Below are positions 1-11,894 of a stretch of 64,000 bases of DNA, piece after piece. The stretch spans positions 101,618,001-101,682,000 of the forward strand of contig OX638149.1 of the NCBI GenBank assembly GCA_951804945.1, written 5' to 3'. A program made the position numbers and the translations under genes. The notes beneath the pieces were generated by a model. That model saw only the letters and a list, made by a program, of their open reading frames with translations, was not told where the DNA came from and did no database searches. The first letter of the stretch is position 1, and the number at the start of each line of letters is the position of its first letter. Source of the stretch: Podarcis cretensis (taxonomy: Eukaryota).

Positions 1-215
1 ACTATGATATAACCTTGGAGTCCAATAAAGCATCCATGGACATCACAAAACCCTAACACACTTCCTCTATCCCTCCCAATTATTTAAAAAAAATAAATGT
101 TTTCAATGATGCCTTGGGGGAGTGACTGCTTTTCTGTTGTTTTATTTCCTTAAGGGTGCTATCAGTGTTTTGCCCACTGGTGGGGAATGCATCTGTAAGA
201 CTGAGTATCATCGGT

Positions 216-402
216 TACAGGTAGGTAGCCATGTTGATCTGCCGTAGTCGAAACAAAATAAAAATTAAAAAATTCCTTCCAGTAGCACCTTAGAAACCAA
301 CTAAGTTTGTTATTGGTATGAGCTTTTGTGTGCATGCACACTTCTTCAGATTCCAATAACAAACTTAGGTGGCCTCTAAGGTGCTACTGGAAGGAATTTT
401 TT
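216..402. mobile_element. Penelope-like element terminal fragment with inverted duplicated end
   Basis: 267-316 (aattccttccagtagcaccttag...tttgttattgg) is repeated in inverted orientation at 353-402. Between the arms is a hammerhead-like core typical of Penelope pseudo-LTRs. Confidence 0.7.
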
Positions 403-1093
403 CATTGAGTATCTTCAGCTGCTTCTTTTGTGAAATGTGCATTTTTTTGGTGCCCACAAGAGTTTCTTAGATTTTGAGATGTGCCACTGAGCCCAAAATG
501 TTTGGGACTCTTATATACTAAGAACAAATTATAGTGTTCCTGTGTGCATAATGAAATAGCCCAAACCACAGCACCCACACATAGGGAACCAGTATGGTCA
601 CCCCACCCCAAAAGGCAGCAAGAAAGAAAAGAGTCCCTGGTCTTTTTAACTCAGTTCTCGTGTACCGTGATACATTAAAATAATAATTGAGATAATTCAA
701 ATTCCAAAGCAAATCTAGTTAACTGTCCCAATACTGCAAGTCAGAAGGGTCCATGAGTAGGAGAAGTTGGGATGTCAGGGAAATGGCCACTGTTTGCTTA
801 TTCAACATGTGTCTGGAATGGAAGTCAATCCAGCGAACAGGATTAGCATTTGCTGCTGCTGTTATTTCCAGCCGGCAAACCATCCATAATTGATGACGTT
901 CCCCTCCCACCCATTTGCATTGTGTTTTTAGAAGCCAAATTGCAGTGGGATGGAAGCAGGTGGGGCTGACGGACCTGGGAAACCTTAAAATGTTCTTTGT
1001 TCTATAGTACAGCAGAGATTACCCGCTGTTGTCCCATAAAGATCACTCACCCACATCATACGCAACAGCCTTGTGGTGACCTACTGTTGTGCG

Positions 1094-1295
1094 CAGGGCC
1101 GGGACGCCTATGAGACAGGGTGAGGTGGCTGCCTCGGGTGGCATATTTGCCTGCCAGCCAGCATGCCTGCCACCTTTCTTATACCCCTTGGCCTGCCTCA
1201 GGCAGAAGCTATGCTGGCCGCTAGCAGTGGTGTGCATGCATACAGTGGCATTTTCAGTATTGTCTAGGGTGCCAAAACATCCCGGACCAGCCCTG
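1094..1295. mobile_element. Non-autonomous hAT element
   Basis: Termini CAGGGCCGG...CCAGCCCTG; 8-bp flanks GTTGTGCG/GTTGCACA are consistent with a CpG-decayed TSD. Confidence 0.7.
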
Positions 1296-3171
1296 GTTGC
1301 ACACACAACAATATCCAAGTGGTGTGATACTCCAGGGGTGCCAGTGCTTACTCAGAGTTTGGTTTCCATGGAATGAAAGTCAATGGGAACAGTGTTGCCT
1401 TTAAAATATATAGTTTTATTTACACATGTATACAACCTTAGCTTAGGATAGAAGGGCTCAAAGCATTAATAGTTCAACATTTGTTGCTCTCCCATCAGGT
1501 TTCTAGAGAGGTCCCCAAAGCCATAGCTTGGGATTTAGCACATAGAGCAAGTCAAGCCTGTGTCCCTTTTCAGTTTCAGCCCAAGCTAAGGCTAGCTCAA
1601 GATCTATTGTTCTCCTACCCCTAGGATGACACTGAAACCAGCCAGGTGGTTTCTCTATGGCCAACTCTTTAGACATGTGAATAGGGTGCTTAATAGACCC
1701 AGCTACAGCCATGCTCAATTCTTTGTTAAATTAAACTGGCAGTTCCTTCTACGGTAGACTACAGCCTTACAGATTCAAAACCAGTGGCTTTAGCTGGGAT
1801 CCACCATCACGATGACTGGAGCTGATGGAGTTGAACACTTTATGAAGGGTCAGGTTTTTTCCAACCTTGATGCAGATGGAAAGCCAGGAGAGAAATTAAC
1901 TCGAATAAATGCAGAAAGAAAATTAAGGTGCATCCACCTGCATGCTGTATTTTATGAACCAGCAGCAAACCAATGGACACAGAAGGCAAGATTTCTATTG
2001 CTAACCCTACAGATGAAAGCTTAAAATGTTACTTTCCCCTTGTATCCCTATATATATTATGCAGGATTTCCCAAATGAATGCTTCTTATAATCTGGTAAA
2101 TTTACCCTTTCAAATTAACTGCATGAAAGCCACTTGAGAATAGCTTCAGGGGTTGTCAGTAAGAGATCCCTGAAAATCAGCTTCATCTGCAGGAACCAAT
2201 TTCAGGAGATAACAGTGCAATCATATGCATGTTTACTTGCATATACAACTGTATGCAATGGAATTTATTCCTAGATAAATGATTTAAGATTGTCGGCTAA
2301 ATCTAACTCTACTATTATTAGCTACACAAGCTAAAATTTCTTTGCACATTTCCTCCTTTCTTCTCCCTTCCTAACTTTGTGTACAATCTACAAATTTTAA
2401 TCAGATTCTTTATCATGTTGTCTCACTAATAATCTTGGTTATCACTTTTACAGATCATTTTCACACTAGATTTTGTCCTTGTGTGGCAATGAAAGATAAT
2501 AGTGAATCATTTTCTTTTCTCTGTGTGTGTTTGTGTGTATAAAACAGGTAAGAAGATTGATATTTTAGGCATCGTAATTCATTTTGGAAGTTGTTTCAGC
2601 ATTCATTATGATACATATCTTCAGAGTGAAAGTATAGAGGACACATTAAGCACTGAAATGTCTTCATGCTTGTTAGTCAATACCTCTGATTAAACTGGTC
2701 TGTCAGAATCTGAACTTTTAAATATGAGGAAATTGCTATATGGATGCACTCCAATTAGCTCCCTGTGACCCTGGAGATGTTTTTTTGCCTCCAACTCTTA
2801 CTAGCCCCAGTCATTACAGCAAATGGTCAGGCAAGATGGGAGTTGTAATCCAACAATATTTGGAGACCCGTGAGTTTGCCATCCTGGTTTTTTGTGAAGC
2901 ACAGAGGGGGGCACATACTGTCTTGAGAAGACTAAATCAAGATTAGATCTAGCTCCTCAAAGCAGTTGTTTGCTTTATGTAGTTTCCTGTATTTACTTTC
3001 ACTTAAAATAAATAAAATAAATACATTTACATATACATTTATACATAAATTCAAAGTGGCTTACAGGTTACTAAAACTGACTAAAACAACTAACAAAAAT
3101 AATAAAAAACAAAATTATTAAAAAACAAAACAGTAGTCTTATAGGAGTGGGGAGGGTTTGGTTTGTATATA

Positions 3172-3254
3172 CAGTGGTACCTCAGGTTAAGAACTTAATT
3201 CGTTCTGGAGGTCTGTTCTTAACCTGAAACTGTTCTTAACCTGAGGTACCACTT
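3172..3254. mobile_element. Tc1/Mariner (Tigger-like) MITE fragment
   Basis: Starts TA|CAGTGGTACCTCAGGTTAAG; same family as 11251-11468 and 20643-20884. Confidence 0.75.
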
Positions 3255-4119
3255 TTACATGGCTAAAGAGTTGGCCAAGCACTTTTGTTGCCATAGTAAC
3301 AACTACCTAGTGATGCTTCTATTACCTGGCTGGAGGCCAGGACATGCTAGCAAGTATGAGAACAATTGCTTAGGCACCAGACATGCTTGATCTCATCAGC
3401 AGCTGGGAATTGTAAAGACACAAAGACTGAGCTTACTTTGTATGCTAAAGCCAGAGCTATGATTTTTTTTTGTGGGGAGCAGGAACTCTACAACCAACCT
3501 AATAGATGAACAATATATTTTGGGGTGTTAATGCCCTTCCATCCTATGCTCAGCCTGTATATGTGTGAAGTCTCTGGAACCTTCATTTCTGGAAAACCAA
3601 ACCTGGGATATGTGCAGATCTCCCTTGGAGACTGGGATGCACATAACAGCGCTATATCCCTATGAGCATAGGTTGAAACAAAATTAAAAGGAGAAAGATA
3701 AAACATTAAGCCACCTAAAAGCTTGGCGAATAGAAGGAGCTTAGCATCATGCCTGAAGCTTAAAAGAGGAATTGAAGCATACCTCTCTAGTGATAGAGTT
3801 CCATATTTTGGGTGCTGCAAGAGAAAAGGCCCAATTCCCTACTGATAATAGTGGAACGCACAGCGAGGGATTTATCTTTTTATTTATACAAATTTCTATG
3901 CTGCTCTTCAAGCAAGTTTCCTGGGCAGCTGTCCAACACACACACAGGCACAAATTGCATTGTGTTTTATGAACCCAAGCTGTATGCATGCTCCTAAAAT
4001 CTATAGCAAGAACAAATATTCACAATTAAATTTTGGACCACATCAATGTGTCTATTTTAACATCAAAGGAACTGAAAATAAAACTGCCACTATCGTAATG
4101 TCATTATACAAATTTGTAG

Positions 4120-4718
4120 TTTGACTGCATTTGGAAAAATGTGTACGGTTCTGGTCACATCACCTCAAAGAGGTATAGAGTTGAAAAAGGTTCAGAGAAA
4201 GATAACAAAAATGATCAAGGGCATGAGTCAACTCCCCTATATGGGAAAGGTTTCAGCATTTGGGAATTTTTAGTTCAAAGAAGATATGATTAGCAGGTGA
4301 CATGATAGAAATTAATAAAATTATGCATGACATATATAAAGTGGATAGAGAAAAGGTTTTCTCCTCTCATTATCCTAGGGATGAATCTACACTGGTCAGT
4401 TAAAGCGTTAAGAATGTGTTATAAAAATGTGACACCAGAGGGCGCTGTAGAAAAGTGACTAGTCATCAATGTAAAATTGTATTGAGAGCTATACTACTGT
4501 TTTTACAGTGTTTTCCAGATTGGTGTAGATCCAGCCTAGAATTCATGGACATCCAATGAAGCCAAATGTTGGATGATTTAAGATGGATAAAAGAAAGTAT
4601 TTCTTTGCACAGTGCATAGTTAAACTATGGAACTCATTCCTATAAGAGGCAGTGGTGGCCACCAACTTAAAAGGAAAATTAGACAAATTCTTGGAGGATA
4701 AGGCTATCAGTGGCTACT
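4120..4718 (+). mobile_element. CR1 LINE 3' fragment, interrupted by a MITE
   Basis: Decayed CR1 ORF2 C-terminal signature (tgtgtacggttctggtcac, aaggttcagaga, ggtgacatgatagaa, aaactatggaactc, ttagacaaattcttggaggataaggctatc). Confidence 0.8.
4379..4536. mobile_element. PIF/Harbinger-like MITE inserted in CR1
   Basis: TIRs GGATGAATCTACAC / GTGTAGATCCAGCC with a 3-bp TSD, TAG (4376-4378 and 4537-4539). Confidence 0.75.
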
Positions 4719-6643
4719 GGTCACAATCATGACTTCCACCCTCAATAATTTAATTTATGCCTATTTGAAGTTTAGGCCCTAGCACACATCCAATGATGCT
4801 ACCAGGAGCATGCCAGGGCCAACAGACCTAAGCCTCTGTCCCACAGCCACCCCAAAGCTGGCAGTGCAGTGGTAGAAAAGAGTTGCTAGCTTTGAATGTT
4901 GTTTATTAAATTTGAATGCCGCCCTCCATTCGTAGATCTCAGAGTGGCTCACAACATACACATAAAGTCTGCATTCATGTCCATGACTACTAAGAAATCC
5001 GTACATAGTTCTGGTAGTATAGAGCATAAACAAAGCAGCTGTGAATACCACCCCCCTCCAATCCATGTAAATTTGAGACAAGGAAAGGGAATAGGTAGCA
5101 GCAGCAAAATGTAGCAGGAGAAGTATTTTGGGTCATTAAAAGTCTAGAGGAATCCAGACCCAATTTGGAATGGGCTCAGAAAGTTCAAATCAAACCCACA
5201 CATAACCAAATCAAACTTAATTCCTATAACTGAACACGACCTTTTAACTTGCTCTTTTGTGTGTGTGAATGTATTTGAAATGTCACATTATAGCTATTTC
5301 ACAGATGATATTTTGGCTGGTTTTCAAGTTGTTGAATTGATGTTGCTGAATATATTTGCTTTTGGTTCTTGTGAAATTAGATCTAAGAACGAAAAAACAT
5401 ATTCTTTAGCAGAGCTACACAACTTATTATGTGATCTACTAAAATCAGCACAGGACTTCAGACCACAAGAGAGTCAAGAAATCTGATTTCCCAGGGCTTT
5501 GAAAACCCCAGAAGTTATTAAGCACTTAGCAGGTCAAAATAGACCTTTTGGTTCACAATATGACTTTTTGTTAAATCTCCAGATCCATGACTTCCTTTCT
5601 CATTGACTGGAAGATAGGCTAAATCCCATTCACTCCAATATTGACACACTGGATTATGCTTGCCTATAATAACATATGGACAAACTCTGTCATGGATTCA
5701 ATATCTCAGTAGTAAGGCTTCAATGACCAAGGGGTCACATCAAAGGAATGGAAAAATTTAGTTCCATCGAAGTTGTCCTACATGTAGGTATGAAGTCACA
5801 TATTCATTTTCCCCACTGAATAATGTTGTCTTAATAGTTTAATGATATATGACATTTCCTGAAATTAAAAAATAAGGCTTCTTCTCCCTCTAAGGAATAC
5901 TGGCATGGTGAGAAGAATTCACTATTATTTAAATAAATACCTATTCAGAGAGGCATAAATTGACTTAAATATTGATGTGTAGCTTCATCTGAAATGTTGA
6001 GGTTCATAATGGTAAAATTATCTGGCTGAACAAAGCATCCCAAAATGTGAAGTCAAATCATTTGATCCTGTTCTGTGGGGAAAGGTTTGTGTCAGACTAT
6101 ATGATGTTTAGAAGGATTTTGAGTCAGCACATGAATAATAATAATAAAAATTTATATGTTATAGTGACGTAGCCAAGACAGATGCCAAGGCTTGAAATGC
6201 AATGCTTTAATTTTGGTTGAAAGTGTGTAATATCATTTCCAATTGAGAGGGTTATTTGCTTCAGCTGCGTAAAATTGACTGTAGTTGTGATTAACAATTT
6301 GGAGCTAAAGCCATTTGAATTATTGAACAAGCCATTCTACAGTCTTTTATAACCACCAAATATTTAATGATTAAAATATATTACTAGGCACTGTCTTGTT
6401 TTTACATTATGTGTATACACACAGAACACAGTGGACTTCTACACAGCGCTACACAATGTGGTTAATTATTTCAGATTCATATAGTTGCACTAATTTCTGT
6501 TTTAAAACTTTTCATATCTTAAAGTACAGGGCATATTTATGCATACTTGCCATACAAAAAGGGATAAATTCCTGGGTTAACAACAATTCTTTTAAATTCT
6601 CCCCAAAAGTCAACAGTGTGAACCTCACCAGGAAGCACATTCT

Positions 6644-6688
6644 CATACCTTCCAGTATTTCTCTGATGAAATTAGGGACATTCTATTC

Positions 6689-6727
<39 letters not shown>

Positions 6728-7039
6728 CTCTACCCATCTGACTGCATTGCCCTACCTACTTTGGCCGGCTTCCAACAGATATGAAAACATATTTGAAAAA
6801 ATTAAAAATGAAAAAACTTCCCTATACAGGGCTGCCTTCAGATGTTTTCTACAGGTTATATAGTTACCTATCTCCTTGGCTCGGGGGAGGGGGGTCATCC
6901 TCCATACTCTCCAACATTTCTCTGATGAAAATAGGGGCATCCTAAGGTAAAGCAGACATTGCGGGATCAAATCAAAAACTGTGATGGCTTCTGTAAATCC
7001 GGGACTGTCTCTAGAAAATAGGGACACTTGGAAGATCTG
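6644..7039 (-). mobile_element. Composite hAT-like MITE containing an L2-like tail and (AAT)n
   Basis: Termini CATACCTTCCA...TGGAAGATCTG with an internal duplicate of the terminal block (about 6903-6940). Flanked by CATTCT/CATTCT. Homologous in reverse orientation to 17600-17938. Confidence 0.7.
6689..6726. repeat. (AAT)n microsatellite
   Basis: Direct observation. Confidence 0.95.
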
Positions 7040-10000
7040 CATTCTACAAGTGGGAACCACTGATGAAAAAGACTCTGTCACTGGGCAGCACTAACTAGAC
7101 AACCCCCAGTGGCAGCACCACCAACAAGGCCTCACCGCCAATCTCAGGGTCCAAATGGTTGATGCTGCGGAATGCACTCATTTAAGGCTTTGTAGGCTAG
7201 CACCATTTAGGACTTTGTAGGCTACCACCTTGAATAGGGCCTGGTAGTTCATTGCCACGTTGTGCTTGTCAGCCAGTTACTTGTGCTGGTCAATTGCTTC
7301 CAATTTGCACAGCCACCTGATGAGAAAAGCTAAACTAAGTCAAGAAGTTAAGGGTCAGCCAGTCGGAGCACCTCAGCAACAAGAAATGAAATGAGTTGTG
7401 GAGGGAAAACATACAGTCACCCATGTTTTCTCTCTACAGGTAATATCAGCTCTAGAAAGGGGAGGAAATGTGGATTAGGATTGCAATGCAGAAGTGAAGG
7501 GTTAAATTTGTGACTCTTTGTAAAGGGTTGTAAGCTGCCCTAAATGTAAGGGGGGGGGAGGCAGAACACTTGGAAATGCACCTCCAACATCACATCTATC
7601 TTAGGAATTTCAAGGAAGCTCAAAAGGATTTGGCTAAGACTCACAACAGTTTTCTGTAACGGTCCATACAACACTGAATTATAACAATTTTTATTACACA
7701 TTTGAAGTTAACATAACGATTGGTCTTCTAAAATTCAGATGATGTAAACACAGGGTGCATAAATCATTTCTGAAGCCATCTGTTGTTATTTCCTTCCTTT
7801 TACTGCTAAAAGCCAAAGTAGAGAAGACCAGGCCTCCGGCCCTCCAGTACATTTCTCTTTTGAAAGTTTATTTTGTAGCAGAACTTTCGCAGTATAAAGT
7901 ACGAGAGAATACACATGTATTTATAATAAGACAATTGGGGCAGAGTCTGTGTTGTTGTTAATCGAGAATTCTGTGATTCCTTCTAGCAGTATTGTTCTTT
8001 TTTGCCAGGTTTACATTCCTCTGGGATCTCCAGCCTGTGTTTATTCTTTTACTTCTTGGTTTGCAGTGAATTCAGCTTCACTCAGAGATGAGAGGCAACT
8101 TTTGTGAGCTAGGTTTCTGAGAGTTTTGCACTACTTGTAATGAATTAAATTTTTAAAAGGTTTGGACACTGGCAGTTACAATAATCTTAGATACCTTCTG
8201 AACTTTGTTTAAAACCTTTGAGCCTCTTGAGGCTCTCTCTTTTCTCCCCATTAACACTTTAAAGAACACTGACCAAACTTCTGACAATCTCCCTCAGGAC
8301 AAGAATAGCTTCTTCCTAACGTGCTCCTTGACAGGTCCTTTAAAGTCATTAGCGTCTTCTTTTTTTGTTTGTGTTTTTTTTACTTCCTTCAAAGTCCACA
8401 TGTATCTTTATTTCACCCTGAGCTTATAGCAATTTCCTCCAAACCTTTGAAGTGTGTCTTAGAAGCCAGCAGTCAATGCTGAGCCACAACAGCTAATATC
8501 AAGTAGTATTCTATGGGTTTGCTTCTCACATTTTGGATTGTTTGCCAGAGGAATGAGAAGACAAAGGCAACTAAAGGTCTTGGCTGGGAGCCAAAGTACT
8601 GCTTCAGAAAAAGAAATTTTTGGGCTTCTATTTCTCAAACTGCAGTCCCCTGTGCTGCATGGCAAATAATGTTTGAAACTGAGTCGACTTTGTAAAGTAA
8701 TTTGTGTGATATGGTGTAGCCCAAGGTTCTTCAATACGAAGTCAAAAATCCCACTGTGAATACCTTTTGTATATGACTCCCAACATTCATATTTGAAGTG
8801 GTGTTCTGGGGAAAATAACATTATCTATATGCTGAAACTAAAATATCTAACACATCTGAACTGCCCTCTTGAGAGAAGATTCTCCCACAGTTTGGTGGAA
8901 CAGTAATATAGAAGACGACACTTACGACTATTTAAACGTATGAACTCCTAGAAATGGTTTTTGCACCTGATTATAAGAAAACATTAATTCACTGGAAATA
9001 GCTTTCCTGAAACATTTTCTGCTACCCCATCAGCAAAGCAAGAATTGAATTTGTTATTTGCCTTTGGCAATCAGACATTGAAACCATGAATACATGCATG
9101 ATGGAAATTGGACTCCTCTTTACTATCTCTTTGTGAATATATGCATTTTTTGTAAACAGCTCTAAAATAACATTGTATATTCTGTGTACACACTCTTCCT
9201 TAATATTTCCAGGCGGTCCCTACCACTTTTCTACCTTACCATTTTAGGTACGTTGTTCCTTCCCTCCCTGACTTTTGCTGTCCTCTGATCTAACTTGAGA
9301 TGTCTTCTTCTATGAAGCTGAACCTCAATTTCTATGTCAAGTCGGCTCCTGCCAGCTGCACAATGCTATTTCTGGGAGCGCTGTTGCAGCTGGACTGCGA
9401 ATGGCTGTTTGGCTTACAGATCCACTCCAGCACCTGCATCTATGGGTATGTTTGCAGGCTTTATATGTTTTGGCCATGTCCCCTGAGGGAACTCTAAATG
9501 GAGGGTGGCCCCACTCCTGTGGCATGGAAGAGTGGTAATGCTTAAAGTTAGGTGAAATGAGCACTCTTGGTCACATTTTAAGGTGAAGGGCATTTCTAGA
9601 GGCCAGTTGCTCTAAGTTGTGGGGTCATCAGCCTGGATATGGAACATTATCAAGGCTCACTTGCCACATCTGTCCAGATCTGTTGTGGGGCCTCCCTACT
9701 CAACATAAGGTGGGGCCAGGCTTTGGGGCTTTGCCTTGTCATCATGCCCCTTGGAATGGGCAGGGTTTGGGTCAGCCATAGTTAAAGTCACATTAGCTTC
9801 CTGCTCTTCTCATTTCCCTTGCAGACATTATAAATATAATGTGATCCTAGTTCATCCCATCACTTATGCCTCACCTCTGTACCTGGCTCCAGTCAGTACA
9901 CTCTTAAGAGTATATACAACAGTTCAAGATAGAAAGAGCTTCAAGAAAGCCAATACAAAGCATGCATTTTTCTTTGCATTGTAGCCACAAAACAGTGGTC

Positions 10001-10422
10001 ATTCCCAGTCCATTGTGTCCAAAATAGTTTTGAAACTGTTACACTGAAGGAGCTAGGAAAAAGAGTTGCTATCTTTAAAAATAAAAGAAGAATTATTTGG
10101 TTTGGCTCATCATCTCATCTGCTGTGTAAGATGAAGAACTAATATATTTTTCAAAATACAATGCAAAAATGAGCAAGTCATTGGTATCTTATAAACAATA
10201 CACGTTGTTTATCGTAATTCTCAGACTTGTTCCCTTATACTGTACATATTATTTCAAATAACCAAGCGTCAAGAATCAGCTTTGAAAGACACTGAAGCTC
10301 ATAATGTAAAACAATCAAACATGATCAAACCATTTTTATTCTCTGCTACCATGAAGAAAAGAATTTATGCAGTTTGCTCACCAAGAACAAAAGACAATTG
10401 CATGTATCTATAAGCTGACAGT

Positions 10423-10656
10423 TCGAAAGCACCCCTAAGTGCAAGTAGATAAATAGGTACCGCTTTATAGCTGGAAGGTAAACGGCGTTTCCGTGTGCTG
10501 CACTGGTGCTGGCTCACCAGAGCAGCTTCGTCACGCTGGCCACGTGACCTGGAAGTGTCTTCAGACAGCGCTGGCTCCCGGCCTCTTAAGTGAGATGAGC
10601 GCACAACCCTTGAGTCGGACATGACTGGCCCGTACGGGCAGGGGTACCTTTACCTT
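10423..10656 (+). mobile_element. Sauria SINE, 5'-truncated
   Basis: Body aagtagataaataggtacc...gagatgagcgc with an (ACCTTT)n tail; perfect 14-bp TSD TATAAGCTGACAGT (10409-10422 and 10657-10670). Confidence 0.92.
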
Positions 10657-11250
10657 TATAAGCTGACAGTAAAGAAATAGCAGTGCCATCACCTGTTTCA
10701 TTCAGTGTTCATATGCATTACCTTTTTATGCTGCAGATACAAGCATAATGTAACCTTGCACTGAAAAGCACTCTGCCTTGTGTATGTCCCATTTAAAATG
10801 TTAATGCAGTGAATTAACACAACAGTAGTATTCTCCCCACTGTAAAAAGCCATTCAATCATTTAAATACTTGATACAAAATTCTGGAGAAAATTAATCAA
10901 ATCCCCTCCATCTCCCACAAGACAAAAGACCTGCATTTTTAAAAAGTACATAAGTTACAATAATGCTTATCTAAACTTTTATAACAAGGTTTCTGCAAGC
11001 AAATTGCAGAAATACATTGGATTCAGTTTATTTTCTTTATGTATTTATTTTATTCTTACCACCCACCCACCCACCTTCCCTTCCTCCCAGAGACTGAGTA
11101 GTTTGACATCTTTCCTATATTTAATGGAAATGAGGAGTTACATTCAGTCCTTTGTATAAGAAACCTAAAAATAAGTAATCAGATCACTGGGGTGGTATTC
11201 AACTAAGGTTTACTCAGAGCGGACACATTTGTTTTATTTATTTTATTTTA

Positions 11251-11468
11251 CAGTGGCATCTTGGGTTACAAACACTTCGGATTACGAACTCCACTAACCC
11301 GGAAGTCGTTGCTCCGGGTTGCAAACTTTGCCTCAGGATGAGAACAGAAATTGCATGGCGGCAGCAGTGGGAGGCCCCATTAGCAAAAGTGCACCTCAGG
11401 TTAAGAACGGTTTTGGGTTAAGAACGGACCTCTGGAATGAATTTCATTTGTAACCCAAGGTACCACTG
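11251..11468. mobile_element. Tc1/Mariner (Tigger-like) MITE
   Basis: TA|CAGTGG...GGTACCACTG|TA; interior is the reverse complement of 20643-20884. Confidence 0.85.
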
Positions 11469-11470
11469 TA

Positions 11471-11738
11471 TTTATGAAATCTGTATACCTCCCTACACCC
11501 ACAGATTTTAGGGTGGTTCACTAGATAAAATTATAATATAAAAACACAAAATACATAATCCAAATAAAAACAAAAACAACCCAATAACACCCCCAACACA
11601 TTTTAAAAGGGCATTGGATGTCAATCAGCCAGAGGCCTGGTGAAAGAGGAACGTTTTTCCTGGCACCTAAACGTGTTTTATCCTGTGAACCGCCTGAGAC
11701 CTGTGGGTATAAGGTGGTATATAAGTAGTAGCAGAAGC

Positions 11739-11770
<32 letters not shown>
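11471..11770. mobile_element. L2-like LINE 3' fragments in opposite orientations, ending in (AAC)n
   Basis: Minus-strand piece (gaggcctggtgaaagaggaacgtttttcctggcacctaaa) followed by plus-strand tgtgaaccgcctgagacc...ggtatataa and (AAC)n at 11738-11770. Confidence 0.55.
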
Positions 11771-11771
<1 letters not shown>

Positions 11772-11894
11772 AAAGGCACTAGGTCAACCTTCGTTAGGCA
11801 AATGTTCATTTCATTCATTGAAATCAATGAGAAGACCACTAATTTTAATAGGTCTGCTCTGAGAAGAGTTAGTTGACTTACTCCCACAGCATAT

